20,000 nucleotides of DNA. Source: an uncultured virus (IMG/VR IMGVR_UViG_2648501222_000009) (taxonomy: Duplodnaviria > Heunggongvirae > Uroviricota > Caudoviricetes). Within the stretch, counting starts at the first letter, position 1, and each line of letters begins with the position of its first letter. The stretch is from IMG/VR virus record IMGVR_UViG_2648501222_000009; one strand, written 5' to 3'. Positions 1-7,880 of this stretch are shown one piece after another. The translations under genes and the position numbers were made by a program. The notes beneath the pieces were generated by a model. It made no database searches. It saw only the letters and a list, made by a program, of their open reading frames with translations, and was not told where the DNA came from.

Positions 1-100
1 GTCGCCTGTTCAATGCCGTCCCGTTTATGCGATCCGCCGGTATTATTTTCACTTTTTGGATATTTGTGTTTATGCATGTACTTACTCCTTCTTCTCGGCA

Positions 101-292
101 TCACCATCTCCTTTTGCTCTGCATTTCTACAGATGGCATATTTTCAAACATAACCGGTGCCGCTTTGATTAACGCGTTCGTGCAATCACGGATCTTCTCG
201 ACTACTTCCAGATGCGGGCATTCACCGGCGCACTGGTCGCACACATAAACTTCATCGTCGTCCAGTTCTTTACTGCACAGTTGGCATTCCAC
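101..292 (-). CDS. Small Zn-finger protein, NinF-like
   Basis: CQLC...VYVCDQC motif; nin-region position; GTG start. Confidence 0.5.
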   Translation of the reverse strand: MECQLCSKELDDDEVYVCDQCAGECPHLEVVEKIRDCTNALIKAAPVMFENMPSVEMQSKRRW

Positions 293-680
293 GGCGCACC
301 CCCATCAGCAACGAATCAAAACGCTTTAAGAACGCGCTGCCCATCCCTTTCACATTGGCTTTTTTCACCACTTTCCCACCGGTGAAATTCAGCTTCGGGT
401 ATTTATCGAAAACATCATCATCCGGCTCAAATGCGAACCGCTCCATCCCTCGCCATGATTCCAGTTTTTCATTTGCCATCGGGTCAATAACATAAAGCCC
501 TTTATTAAGAACCTTCGGCAATTTATGAATAATTCCCATCCTCACCATTTCAGCGATCTTTGCTCTTGCGGTGACATCAGCGTAGCCGGTGGCATCAGCA
601 ACATCCTGAGACGTAAAAGATTTTTTGTTGCGAAAAACACTGATGATGAAATCAAATTGCATATACATATTGTTTGTCAT
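270..680 (-). CDS. Phage winged-helix DNA-binding protein (hypothetical)
   Basis: FTSQDVADATG...ARAKIAEMVRMGII HTH-like segment; ATG at 680 overlaps the upstream stop (ATGA). Confidence 0.65.
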   Translation of the reverse strand: MTNNMYMQFDFIISVFRNKKSFTSQDVADATGYADVTARAKIAEMVRMGIIHKLPKVLNKGLYVIDPMANEKLESWRGMERFAFEPDDDVFDKYPKLNFTGGKVVKKANVKGMGSAFLKRFDSLLMGVRRGMPTVQ

Positions 681-874
681 CGCCACATCCTGCTAACCAT
701 TGCTCGTGGTGTCGGTTTCAGATATTTGACGACCGGCAGATACACGGCAACGTCGAAATACTGAGGATTGATATTCAGTGACTTCACCGGGTTATATCCT
801 TTGCGCCTGTAGTGAGTGCAGAGGTTATCGGCTTCGTCATTGGTGAGAAGCTGGTGTATGTGAGGTTCTTTCAT
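677..874 (-). CDS. Hypothetical nin-region phage protein (65 aa)
   Basis: ORF with AGGA RBS, tightly packed after ninB. Confidence 0.7.
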   Translation of the reverse strand: MKEPHIHQLLTNDEADNLCTHYRRKGYNPVKSLNINPQYFDVAVYLPVVKYLKPTPRAMVSRMWR

Positions 875-885
875 GCGTCCTGCTC

Positions 886-1329
886 CTATTCCTGATGCCC
901 GTAATAATTGAAGCTGTATCGCGTTGTGCGAGGTTTTACGCCTTCACCTACAGCCCACGCCTGCGAATACTCTATTAAGCTTGTCATGCGCTTTTTACCC
1001 ATGTTCGCGGTGCTCTCTCTCGCCAGCGGTACAATCTCGCCTTCTAGCCCCGTAATTAACTTCCCGTCCTTGCCGGTTGCCTTTGCGTGCCCGGAGACGA
1101 AAATACATTTCCAGTCCTGCAACTCCCACGTACTGCCAGCCCATACAATGCCCTGCTCTGCTACGTTGCCGCACAGCGCATGAAACATGTCATTTTGGGG
1201 AAGGGTTCGCTTTGGATCTGAGATTTTTACTTCGAGGGGGAATTCTTCGTTTAGCGGGAGACTGTCGAGTGCTGCCTTAAGGTTTCTGAGTATCTGCGCA
1301 TTCCTGAGTAGGAATGTCTGTTTTTGCAT
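886..1329 (-). CDS. ninB: NinB/Orf-family recombination protein
   Basis: MQKQTFLLRN...KRTLPQNDMFHALC...WKCIF...STANMGKKRMTSLIEY typical of NinB/YbcN; GGAGG RBS. Confidence 0.9.
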   Translation of the reverse strand: MQKQTFLLRNAQILRNLKAALDSLPLNEEFPLEVKISDPKRTLPQNDMFHALCGNVAEQGIVWAGSTWELQDWKCIFVSGHAKATGKDGKLITGLEGEIVPLARESTANMGKKRMTSLIEYSQAWAVGEGVKPRTTRYSFNYYGHQE

Positions 1330-1338
1330 TTAGCCTCC

Positions 1339-1596
1339 CTATTCCTCCGGCCTGCGATACATGAAAACAACCAAGCCGCCTTTTGTTGTAATCTTCAGGT
1401 CATCTCCGGGCTTCATGTCGCCAAGCTCATAGGCATCATACAGCTCGTTTATCGCCGCCTGCTTACGGTCTTTTTCCTTACGCTTTAATGCCTTCCTGAA
1501 TATCAGATTCAGAAACCACTCGACTGATTTTGCGATAATCCAAAAATAACCCACTGCCATCAGGCCGATGGTCGCGTATTTGATAATTTCATCCAT
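1339..1596 (-). CDS. Membrane-anchored phage protein, DUF4752-like
   Basis: N-terminal hydrophobic helix, basic stretch, MKPGD...KGGLVVFMYR C-terminus. Confidence 0.6.
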   Translation of the reverse strand: MDEIIKYATIGLMAVGYFWIIAKSVEWFLNLIFRKALKRKEKDRKQAAINELYDAYELGDMKPGDDLKITTKGGLVVFMYRRPEE

Positions 1597-1599
1597 CCC

Positions 1600-1797
1600 C
1601 TACTCCTTCTCACATTGTGGTGCTCTGCGGTTCCAGGCGGTGATTGCTTCATCCTCATCAAACCGCTTAACCCTCACGCCGCATTCGTCACAGGCAACAC
1701 CGTACAACGTCAGGCCGTGGCTGCTGGGGCTGTGTATCGTGATATCAACACATCCGCAAAACGGACACGGTTTAAGTTTCTGTGTTTTCTCTGTCAT
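1600..1797 (-). CDS. Lar-family restriction alleviation protein
   Basis: LKPCPFCG...C-x2-C...EAITAWNRR signature; start placed at MTEKTQ (1797). Confidence 0.8.
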   Translation of the reverse strand: MTEKTQKLKPCPFCGCVDITIHSPSSHGLTLYGVACDECGVRVKRFDEDEAITAWNRRAPQCEKE

Positions 1798-1798
1798 A

Positions 1799-1876
1799 TC
1801 AGCATTCCCACCATCCATATTTTCTTTTTGCGGAAGATATAAGCTCCCGCCAAACATCCTGTGTTTTCTCTGTCAT
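1799..1876 (-). CDS. Mini-ORF MTEKTQDVWRELISSAKRKYGWWEC (25 aa), possibly a remnant
   Basis: Translated by hand; start coupled to the upstream stop (TGATG); shares its first 18 nt with the lar gene. Confidence 0.35.
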   Translation of the reverse strand: MTEKTQDVWRELISSAKRKYGWWEC

Positions 1877-1980
1877 CACTGCACCCTCACAAAGCTGTAT
1901 GGGCGATTGCACTTAATGCAGGTCACTTCGCCAATCATACGGGCACGTCTGCCGCACCCTAAGCATATAAATTTACACAT
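1876..1980 (-). CDS. Small Cys-rich Zn-ribbon peptide MCKFICLGCGRRARMIGEVTCIKCNRPYSFVRVQ (34 aa)
   Basis: Translated by hand; GGAGGAG RBS; CxxC...CxxC; stop/start overlaps on both sides. Confidence 0.55.
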   Translation of the reverse strand: MCKFICLGCGRRARMIGEVTCIKCNRPYSFVRVQ

Positions 1981-2161
1981 CACTCCTCCGGTGGTTGTGG
2001 CTTCCAGTGGGTTACATTGCCGATTATGTGATTAAAAAAACCAGATCGATGAATAAATTCTGATTCAGTAAAAAGCAATCGATCACCCACCCATCTTTAT
2101 CCCTGACCATCACATTCGTATATCGGCCAGGCATTCTTTCCGAGCACTTAATCCATTCCAT
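1980..2161 (-). pseudogene. DUF551-family gene, frameshifted
   Basis: MEWIKCSERMP N-terminus in one frame; the conserved VTHWKPQPPEE C-terminus is in another frame, joined across T homopolymers at ~2034-2074. Confidence 0.7.
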
Positions 2162-2357
2162 CTTCATCTCCTTTTGGCGGTGTCTGGTACGGCAGTCTGC
2201 TGCGAACTCCGGCCACCCATGCCCGATATCTTTTTTCAATTTCTTTGTGTGCATAATTCCAATACCCGAATTGATCTTCCCGCCTGAAGCTCGTGATGAG
2301 ATTGACGGGGCGGCCAGTTTCTTCCGCACACCACTTTTCAAAATCCGTTGGTTCCAT
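2148..2357 (-). CDS. Hypothetical phage protein (MEPTDFEKWCAEE...)
   Basis: GGAGGA RBS, ATG at 2357; FEKW...RYRAWVAG pattern common in nin-region proteins. Confidence 0.7.
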   Translation of the reverse strand: MEPTDFEKWCAEETGRPVNLITSFRREDQFGYWNYAHKEIEKRYRAWVAGVRSRLPYQTPPKGDEDGMD

Positions 2358-2375
2358 AATCAAAAGTCCTCCCTG

Positions 2376-2543
2376 TTAATTCCCGTAACTTACTTTCAGA
2401 CTGCCGGATATCAATACGACCACAATCAGCAGCCATCCCCACCCGTCTTTACCGTGGTAAATCAGGAAGGCCACAGATAAAAACCCGGTAATCGGAACAA
2501 GACAAACAAACAAGGTTCCAAGAATGTCTCTCAGGTATTCCAT
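2376..2543 (-). CDS. Small two-TM membrane protein (55 aa, MEYLRDILGTLFVCLVPITGFLSVAFLIYHGKDGWGWLLIVVVLISGSLKVSYGN)
   Basis: Translated by hand, absent from the ORF track; AAGGA RBS; two hydrophobic segments joined by HGKDGWGW. Confidence 0.7.
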   Translation of the reverse strand: MEYLRDILGTLFVCLVPITGFLSVAFLIYHGKDGWGWLLIVVVLISGSLKVSYGN

Positions 2544-2630
2544 AATCAAAAGTCCTTCTGTCTTGGGTTATGCCGCGCCGGTGGTTCGGCACGCTGATAA
2601 ATCCCCGGACACTTCCCCCGCAGGAAGCAT

Positions 2631-2897
2631 CTACCGGATATTAATGTTTGATTTTTTACTTGCTACCTGTATGAAATAACGCAATAAATCGACTGTCATC
2701 CATTGCTTTTCTGTGAGGTGGTATACCCATGAAATCAGTTTCTCTGCTGTATTGCAGACCTCAATATTGATTTCATAATTATTAATTTCGTCGTCACTTA
2801 GACGAAAAACGAAGTAGTTACCTTCAACTGTTAAAATCTTGCTCAATTCTTCGTATTTGGCTTTAACTTCACCGGTATCCATTTGTTTTAAACTCAT
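2631..2897 (-). CDS. Hypothetical protein (88 aa), AT-rich
   Basis: ATGA overlap with the helicase stop; AGGAG RBS. Confidence 0.7.
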   Translation of the reverse strand: MSLKQMDTGEVKAKYEELSKILTVEGNYFVFRLSDDEINNYEINIEVCNTAEKLISWVYHLTEKQWMTVDLLRYFIQVASKKSNINIR

Positions 2898-4261
2898 ACA
2901 TCTGCTCCTTTAAATCTGCGTTGTGCTGGCTGGCTGCTCTGCTGACAGATATTTGCGGCCATAGCCTGGTCCGTATCGAGAAAGTGCCCGTCTTTGAATA
3001 GCTGATACACGGTCCCTAATTTCCCGAATCGGTTCTTTGTTACGATAATTTCAGCATAGTTCGCTGCGGGGGAGTTCTCATTATACACGCCGTCCCGGTA
3101 CAGCATGATGATGGCATCCGCATCCTGCTCAACGCTTCCTGAATCGCGAAGGTCAGCATTCGTCGGGCGCTTGTTTGGGCGTTTTTCCACATCACGGGAT
3201 AACTGGCTGAGAGAGATAACCGGGGTCCGCAGGTCCTTAGCCATTGCTTTCAGGCTTGCTGAAATGTGACCAATAGCCAGGTCATTACGCTCTGCCTTTG
3301 GTTTTTCAATCAGGCCGAGGTAGTCGACAAGGATAAGAGATAAATTCGGATTGGCCCGCTTGTGCCGACCTGATATCGCACGGATTTGTTCGACCGTTAA
3401 TTTACTGGCATCGACAACCCAAACATCGAGATCCACTATGCGGCCCATGCCGACGGTAACCTTTGTCCAGTCTTCCTGGTCCATCTTCGCCGGATTACGC
3501 AGGGATGAAACCGGCATGCTTGCGGCCCCTGCAATCTGACGCTCGATAATCTGCTGAGAGTCCATTTCCATTGAGAAAATCAAAACGCCTTTCTTCTGGC
3601 TGGTCCCGCGAATGGTCTGTGAAGCAACGCCTTTGGTTATTCTCAGCGCCAGCTCTGTCTTACCCATGCCGGGCCGGGCCGCAACAATAACCAGGTCAAC
3701 AGGGTTTATCCCGCCAGTAATATCATCAAGGTCCGGGATGCCTGTTTTCAGCGTGTCAGACTCATCACCATTCTGGACCCGCTTTTCAAGCATCTGCGCG
3801 TAGTCTTCGGCTATTTCCTTCAGGTGAACGGGCCGTATCTCATCCTGCGGGGCCCGGATTTCAGATGCCTTTGCCAGAAACTGGTCCATTGCCTCAGTCG
3901 CTGCGTCGACGGTCCCGTGTTCGATTTGTCCGCGCGCAGAGTCCATCAGCTCAATCATCTTCCGGCGGCAGTGAAGGTCCATAACCATCTTCGCGTAGCC
4001 TTTCAGGTTGGCAGCGCTCGGACAGTTTTTCGCGGCTTCCATCACGTTGCTGAACTGATCACCCATTTCCTCGGCAACCATCAGAACATCAATCAGCCCA
4101 CGGGCCTTCGCCTGCTTCCTGATAACCTCATAGGTCCTGCGGCAAAATCCGGACCCGAAGAATTCAGGCTCCATCGTTGCGAGAACATCACTGGCATCCT
4201 GTGTTAATCCGCTAATCAGCAGGCCACCGATAACACTCGATTCAACTTCAAAATTAATCAC
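2894..4261 (-). CDS. DnaB-like replicative helicase (P22 gp12 type)
   Basis: Walker [48 protein letters not shown] start at 4261 after GGAGG. Confidence 0.95.
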   Translation of the reverse strand: MINFEVESSVIGGLLISGLTQDASDVLATMEPEFFGSGFCRRTYEVIRKQAKARGLIDVLMVAEEMGDQFSNVMEAAKNCPSAANLKGYAKMVMDLHCRRKMIELMDSARGQIEHGTVDAATEAMDQFLAKASEIRAPQDEIRPVHLKEIAEDYAQMLEKRVQNGDESDTLKTGIPDLDDITGGINPVDLVIVAARPGMGKTELALRITKGVASQTIRGTSQKKGVLIFSMEMDSQQIIERQIAGAASMPVSSLRNPAKMDQEDWTKVTVGMGRIVDLDVWVVDASKLTVEQIRAISGRHKRANPNLSLILVDYLGLIEKPKAERNDLAIGHISASLKAMAKDLRTPVISLSQLSRDVEKRPNKRPTNADLRDSGSVEQDADAIIMLYRDGVYNENSPAANYAEIIVTKNRFGKLGTVYQLFKDGHFLDTDQAMAANICQQSSQPAQRRFKGADV

Positions 4262-4263
4262 GA

Positions 4264-5100
4264 CTACCTCCCTGTGAGACTTGGTTTTCCTTCGCGGACC
4301 GCTGTGAGCGTGGTTTCTCTCGTCAGATAGTCGATATCTGCGGTCCATCCCGTATCGCTGTCACCAAAATAAAACGGCTTAGCCAGTTTGACGAAGGCCC
4401 GCACATAGGACCGCCATCCGTCGACGTTTGGAGTTGCCAGTTTCGGTATTATTTTCTTCAGGTCACGCTTTCGCTTCTCAGTGACATCGATAGCGTGAGG
4501 CAGGCGATCACCGACTTCCTCGTTGTAGGCAATGAGATATTCGTCGTAATTGATTTTCACTGCCCGGCGCTTTTTAGGTTTAACCAACCCTTCCGCTTCA
4601 CCCCCAACGGGGGTATGGGGGTTAGTTTCTTTCTTTTCTTTTGTAATAGTTTCTTTTGTGTGACTCTGTTTTGGTGACAACGCTGTCACCGTTTTGGTGA
4701 CACTTTTTGTCACTGTTTTGGTGACATTGTCACCAGAGTAGTGACACCCTGTTATTTCCCACTCACTCACGTTCTTGTTTGGTCCGATTCTCGGTCCATC
4801 CATAACGACTACACGCATTGCTATCAGCTCGTTTTTCGCCTTGTTAACTTTCTGCCGTGGCAGGTTGGTCAGCTCGCTTAACTGACTGTCTGCAATGCGG
4901 TCCGACTTCTTGCCGAAGCCGTAAGTTTTCCGGCAAATAGCGTGTGCTACCTTGGCCTGATTTTTTGTTAAGTCAGCGCCTATCAGGGCCTCATACAGAG
5001 CATTTGCAAGTCTGGTGTACCCATCATCAAGGTCTGCCACCGTTGGCCTCTCTTGCCGTCGTGCGGCTCCAAAGTCAGCGTATGCAACGTTACTGTTCAT
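4264..5100 (-). CDS. Phage replication initiation protein O
   Basis: [14 protein letters not shown]...[13 protein letters not shown]...[10 protein letters not shown] (Phage_rep_O domain); internal iterons. Confidence 0.93.
   Translation of the reverse strand: MNSNVAYADFGAARRQERPTVADLDDGYTRLANALYEALIGADLTKNQAKVAHAICRKTYGFGKKSDRIADSQLSELTNLPRQKVNKAKNELIAMRVVVMDGPRIGPNKNVSEWEITGCHYSGDNVTKTVTKSVTKTVTALSPKQSHTKETITKEKKETNPHTPVGGEAEGLVKPKKRRAVKINYDEYLIAYNEEVGDRLPHAIDVTEKRKRDLKKIIPKLATPNVDGWRSYVRAFVKLAKPFYFGDSDTGWTADIDYLTRETTLTAVREGKPSLTGR
4621..4746. repeat. Replication origin: four 19-bp iterons plus an adjacent T-rich tract
   Basis: TGTCAC-N7-GTGACA at 4684-4702, 4708-4726 and 4728-4746; degenerate copy at 4661-4679; T-rich 4621-4660. 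Confidence 0.88.
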
Positions 5101-5260
5101 GCCGTTTACCTCCGGTCAGTTCTTCCCTATGGGCTTTCCGCAATAAAGCATCGTTAAAAGCCGCCCTGAGTGCTTTCGCGCCTTTCTCAGTGACACTCCG
5201 TGTCTCGTTGTATTCGGCGATGTTTTTGTGCACAGCGCTGTAATTAAACCGTTGTTTCAT
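5090..5260 (-). CDS. Small hypothetical protein between cII and O (56 aa, MKQRFNYSAVHKNIAEYNETRS...)
   Basis: Translated by hand; GGAG RBS; stop overlaps the start of O. Confidence 0.65.
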   Translation of the reverse strand: MKQRFNYSAVHKNIAEYNETRSVTEKGAKALRAAFNDALLRKAHREELTGGKRHEQ

Positions 5261-5326
5261 GTATAATTACTCCGTTATTTGCTGCATCAAAAAAGGGGAA
5301 ACCGTATATTCCACTTTCCTAAATAA

Positions 5327-5342
5327 CTGGTTATTGATACAG
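5327..5342. promoter_or_regulatory. LexA (SOS) box-like site at the presumed oop promoter
   Basis: CTG-GTTATTGATA-CAG fits CTG-N10-CAG; same position as the LexA box of lambda pO. Confidence 0.6.
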
Positions 5343-5413
5343 TGTGATTGTTAAGTTAAATCGCTAAGTCGATTTGATCCTGAGCCTCGGTTACCGCCGG
5401 GGCTTTTCTTTTT
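5343..5413 (+). ncRNA. oop: oop-like antisense RNA to the cII 3' end, with intrinsic terminator
   Basis: Hairpin AGCCTCGG-TTACCG-CCGGGGCT followed by TTTCTTTTT (5383-5413), antisense to cII; 5' end approximate. Confidence 0.6.
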
Positions 5414-5691
5414 GGTGTTCTGATATGTCCGAGCATCTGAATCAGCGCCCGGGCCTCATCACCCTGCAACACAACCATGTCTTCCCCACCCTCATATTCG
5501 ATAGCCGCCAGTAAACGAGCGCAGCGCTGTATGAAGCTGAGATTTTCTTTATGTTGTGGTGACTGCCACCGGGAGATTTGAGATTCGTGTATGCCCGTTC
5601 TGTGCGCGATTTCCCGCGCGCCGGTTGAGTGAATCCCTTTGAGGATTTTTGTTTCGATTTCACGAAATTTGCGTTCGTTTGATAATTCCAT
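5356..5691 (-). CDS. cII: CII-family transcriptional activator
   Basis: IETKIL...GIHESQISRW...KRKAPAVTEAQDQIDL parallels lambda CII; position after cro. Confidence 0.88.
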   Translation of the reverse strand: MELSNERKFREIETKILKGIHSTGAREIAHRTGIHESQISRWQSPQHKENLSFIQRCARLLAAIEYEGGEDMVVLQGDEARALIQMLGHIRTPKRKAPAVTEAQDQIDLAI

Positions 5692-5701
5692 AATTCATAA
5701 T
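5669..5701 (+). promoter_or_regulatory. pRE-like CII-activated promoter
   Basis: TTGC-GTTCGT-TTGA (5669-5682; lambda TTGC-GTTTGT-TTGC), then -10 CATAAT at 5696-5701 with lambda-like 13-nt spacing; overlaps the cII start. Confidence 0.7.
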
Positions 5702-5787
5702 GTCCTTATTGAGATACAGTTACTCGCTCACTTCCTGTGAGGTGTTGCTGTGTTGAAATAAATGTAATTTGGTGGGTTCTGCCTCTT

Positions 5788-5848
5788 CGGTACATTGTCT
5801 CCTTGGAGATACGCCGCCCGCCCGACAATATGCTGTGCCGTTCAGCTA
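5788..5848 (-). ncRNA. putR: putR-like cis-acting antiterminator RNA
   Basis: Minus strand reads GCTGAACGGCACAGCATATTGTCGGGCGGGCGGCGTATCTCCAAGGAGACAATGTACCG just after cro; shares GAACGGC, GTCGGG, CGGCG and CAATG with the putL copy. Confidence 0.75.
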
Positions 5849-5864
5849 CTGATTTTTTGTTGTC

Positions 5865-6092
5865 TTATGCAGCAAGTTCAGGCCAGTTTTTTTCCCAATC
5901 TTCTGGATATAAATGCTGGCGCTTAACCACTGAGTTGCTGTTTTTTTCAATGAGCACACATAGCTCTGTGCCGAGTTTTGTGCCCTTTGAAATTGCCTTT
6001 CTCAGGTATCCGATAGTTGTTCCGCATTTTTTTGCGAAAGACTCTTGTTCTGATACTGAGAGCGCATTTAGGAAAATCCGTAATTGTTCCAT
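5865..6092 (-). CDS. cro: Cro-like (YdaS family) repressor
   Basis: MEQLRIFL...FAKKCGTTIGYLRKAIS...LYPEDW..WPELAA; AAGGA RBS; divergent from cI. Confidence 0.9.
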   Translation of the reverse strand: MEQLRIFLNALSVSEQESFAKKCGTTIGYLRKAISKGTKLGTELCVLIEKNSNSVVKRQHLYPEDWEKNWPELAA

Positions 6093-6105
6093 GCGTTGTC
6101 CTTGT

Positions 6106-6180
6106 TTACCTATGCGTGAGATAAATATACCTATAGGTATACATTTAATCAATACCCATAGGCAATTTACCGAAAGGTAA
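6106..6180. promoter_or_regulatory. OR operator cluster: four 14-bp WTACC-N4-GGTAW-like sites
   Basis: TTACCTATGCGTGA 6106-6119 (weak), ATACCTATAGGTAT 6127-6140 (perfect palindrome), ATACCCATAGGCAA 6152-6165, TTACCGAAAGGTAA 6167-6180; same motif at OL. Confidence 0.85.
6124..6152 (-). promoter_or_regulatory. pR promoter
   Basis: -35 TTGATT (6152-6147), 17-bp spacer, -10 TATATT (6129-6124); operator overlaps the spacer. Confidence 0.8.
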
Positions 6181-6194
6181 TTTTGTCGGATGAT
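6166..6194 (+). promoter_or_regulatory. pRM-like promoter, predicting a leaderless cI mRNA
   Basis: -35 TTTACC (6166-6171), 17 bp, -10 GATGAT (6189-6194); the ATG at 6201 sits at the expected +1. Confidence 0.5.
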
Positions 6195-6200
6195 TTAGGT

Positions 6201-6899
6201 ATGAATGCTGAAAACGATTTATTTGAGAAAAGAAGGCAAAAGCTATCCGAACTTGTTTCCCAATATGGGACGCAGGAAGAGTTTGCTCGCGCTATAGGGA
6301 AGGACAAATCTTACGTATCCAGAATGCTTTATCCTCCAGAAAAGAAGGGATATAAGCGTATAGGGGACAAAATGGTTCTTGCTATTCAAGCTGCTTTGGG
6401 TCTGCCTCATGGCTGGCTGGATGGGATTGCAGGCACGGATATTCCGGCGCCGTCTCCAAGCACATCCTACAAAGTGGAAATCCTCGATGTTGAAGCCAGC
6501 GCTGGCCCGGGCGTTATGGTTTTAGATGATTTTATTGAAACCATCACGGCAATTGAGTATTCAGCGGAAGAAGCCAAGAGGCTGTTTGGCGGAAGGCCAG
6601 CTGATACCGTTAAGATGATCACTGTGAAAGGTGACTCTATGGCGGACACCTTCGAACCACGCGATCAGATATTCGTTGATATGACCGTTAACCATTTTGA
6701 CGGTGACGGAATTTATGTCTTCATACTGGACAATCAGCTCTACATTAAGCGCCTGCAAATGCAGTACAAGCGCCTTGCTGTGATATCAGATAATCCAAAA
6801 TATGAAACATGGCACTTGAATGAAGAGTCTATTGATGGCGTATTCATACAGGCAAAGGTACTCGTGAGTCAGTCTATTAAGTATAAATTCCACGGCTAA
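6201..6899 (+). CDS. cI: CI repressor (HTH + S24 autopeptidase)
   Basis: N-terminal HTH, ASAGPG cleavage site, catalytic GDSM and IKRL motifs. Confidence 0.95.
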   Translation: MNAENDLFEKRRQKLSELVSQYGTQEEFARAIGKDKSYVSRMLYPPEKKGYKRIGDKMVLAIQAALGLPHGWLDGIAGTDIPAPSPSTSYKVEILDVEASAGPGVMVLDDFIETITAIEYSAEEAKRLFGGRPADTVKMITVKGDSMADTFEPRDQIFVDMTVNHFDGDGIYVFILDNQLYIKRLQMQYKRLAVISDNPKYETWHLNEESIDGVFIQAKVLVSQSIKYKFHG

Positions 6900-6923
6900 C
6901 AGTGGCCTGACGACACGTTTTAG
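6900..6923 (+). pseudogene. Relic 3' end of a lambda-type cI gene
   Basis: CAGTGGCCTGACGACACGTTTTAG = QWPDDTF*, compared with the lambda CI C-terminus QWPEETFG*. Confidence 0.65.
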
Positions 6924-7006
6924 GGTGTGGTTGACATTCTTTACTTCAATACTTCTTGGTTTGCCGCACAAAATTGATAATGACACTACAGGTGATGTCA
7001 TATAAT

Positions 7007-7312
7007 ATGTCCAGAACACAAGATGTAATCAACGAGCTAGTTAAGCGTAAAAAGTCCATATCTTGTAATGGCAGCAAAGGATTGTTGTTGTACTTAGAAT
7101 CCTTGGGGTTTAAGCACAAGGAGGGGAAGACGGTAGGTCACAGAATTTTCACCCACCCTCAGCTTAGCTCTATATCTGACTACAAGACTCATTCGGTAGA
7201 TTGTGGACACAAGCCGAACAGAGACATGAAGCACGCGTACATAACAAACACATTGCGCGTACTTAATCAGTACAAGGATGAACTAGAGGAAATTGAAGCC
7301 AATGACAAATAA
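7007..7312 (+). CDS. hicA: HicA-family toxin (mRNA interferase)
   Basis: LESLGFKHKEGKTVGHRIFTHP...SVDCGH...MKHAYI matches the HicA pattern including the catalytic His; start uncertain (6995 or 7007). Confidence 0.8.
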   Translation: MSRTQDVINELVKRKKSISCNGSKGLLLYLESLGFKHKEGKTVGHRIFTHPQLSSISDYKTHSVDCGHKPNRDMKHAYITNTLRVLNQYKDELEEIEANDK

Positions 7313-7880
7313 AGTCTTTGATCCTGAAAAATATACAATATCAGTAAAGAAAACCACCGAAGATGGTGAGGTGGTTTTTGTGGCTAGCGTCGCCGAGCTT
7401 CCTGATATCAGAGAGTATGCAGATACTGCTGACTTCGCCAGAGAGTTAGCAATTGATTCAATAGCCACCGCATATGAAGTTTTTGCTGAGCAAGGGATGA
7501 TTTTCCCTAAACCAAGTGATGATTCTCAAATTGAAAGTGTCAGCGGAAGAGTAACTTTGCGTCTGCCAAAATCAATCCACGCCAAATGCATAAAAGCAGC
7601 GGAAAATGATGGCGTCAGTTTGAATTCATACTTAACAACCTGCATAACAAGCTACTCTGCACAGAATGAAATTAAAGGCGAGATTCGCAGCCAGTTCACC
7701 CAGGTGAAGGCGCTAATAAAGTCTCACGGCAGATCAGATACCTATAGCGGAAGAATGGTTGATAGAGGTGGGAACTCTTGGGTTTCATCACTGGATGCAA
7801 AATTTTCTAAAGAGAGTGACACCCTGGAAAGGGATAGTGAAATTCAATTATCTGGCTTTTATTCGGAGTTCTATCAATGA
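7302..7880 (+). CDS. hicB: HicB-family antitoxin with a long C-terminal extension (candidate ChAD tail)
   Basis: YTISV...FVASVAELPDI..YADT..A..LA.D.I N-domain, SGRVTLRLPKSIH...AAENDGVSLNSYL RHH domain, then ~75-80 extra residues. Confidence 0.88.
   Translation: MTNKVFDPEKYTISVKKTTEDGEVVFVASVAELPDIREYADTADFARELAIDSIATAYEVFAEQGMIFPKPSDDSQIESVSGRVTLRLPKSIHAKCIKAAENDGVSLNSYLTTCITSYSAQNEIKGEIRSQFTQVKALIKSHGRSDTYSGRMVDRGGNSWVSSLDAKFSKESDTLERDSEIQLSGFYSEFYQ

Noticed and set aside
1..77. ORF start with AAGGAG RBS at 77 (minus strand)
   Set aside because: Stops after 17 codons; may be a frameshifted gene running off the window but cannot be assessed
4661..4746. CRISPR-like palindromic repeats
   Set aside because: Gaps are only 1-5 nt and the repeats lie inside gene O; they are replication iterons
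5737..6180. 147-aa plus-strand ORF and other track ORFs antisense to assigned genes (e.g. 1568-2035, 3824-4207, 12891-13271) or overlapping them (19502-19936)
   Set aside because: They overlap well-supported genes or regulatory sites, and have no RBS or recognisable motifs
6931..7006. Dedicated promoter for the hicA operon (TTGACA at 6931, TATAAT at 7001)
   Set aside because: The two hexamers are not correctly spaced with each other or with good partners; a promoter may exist but cannot be placed
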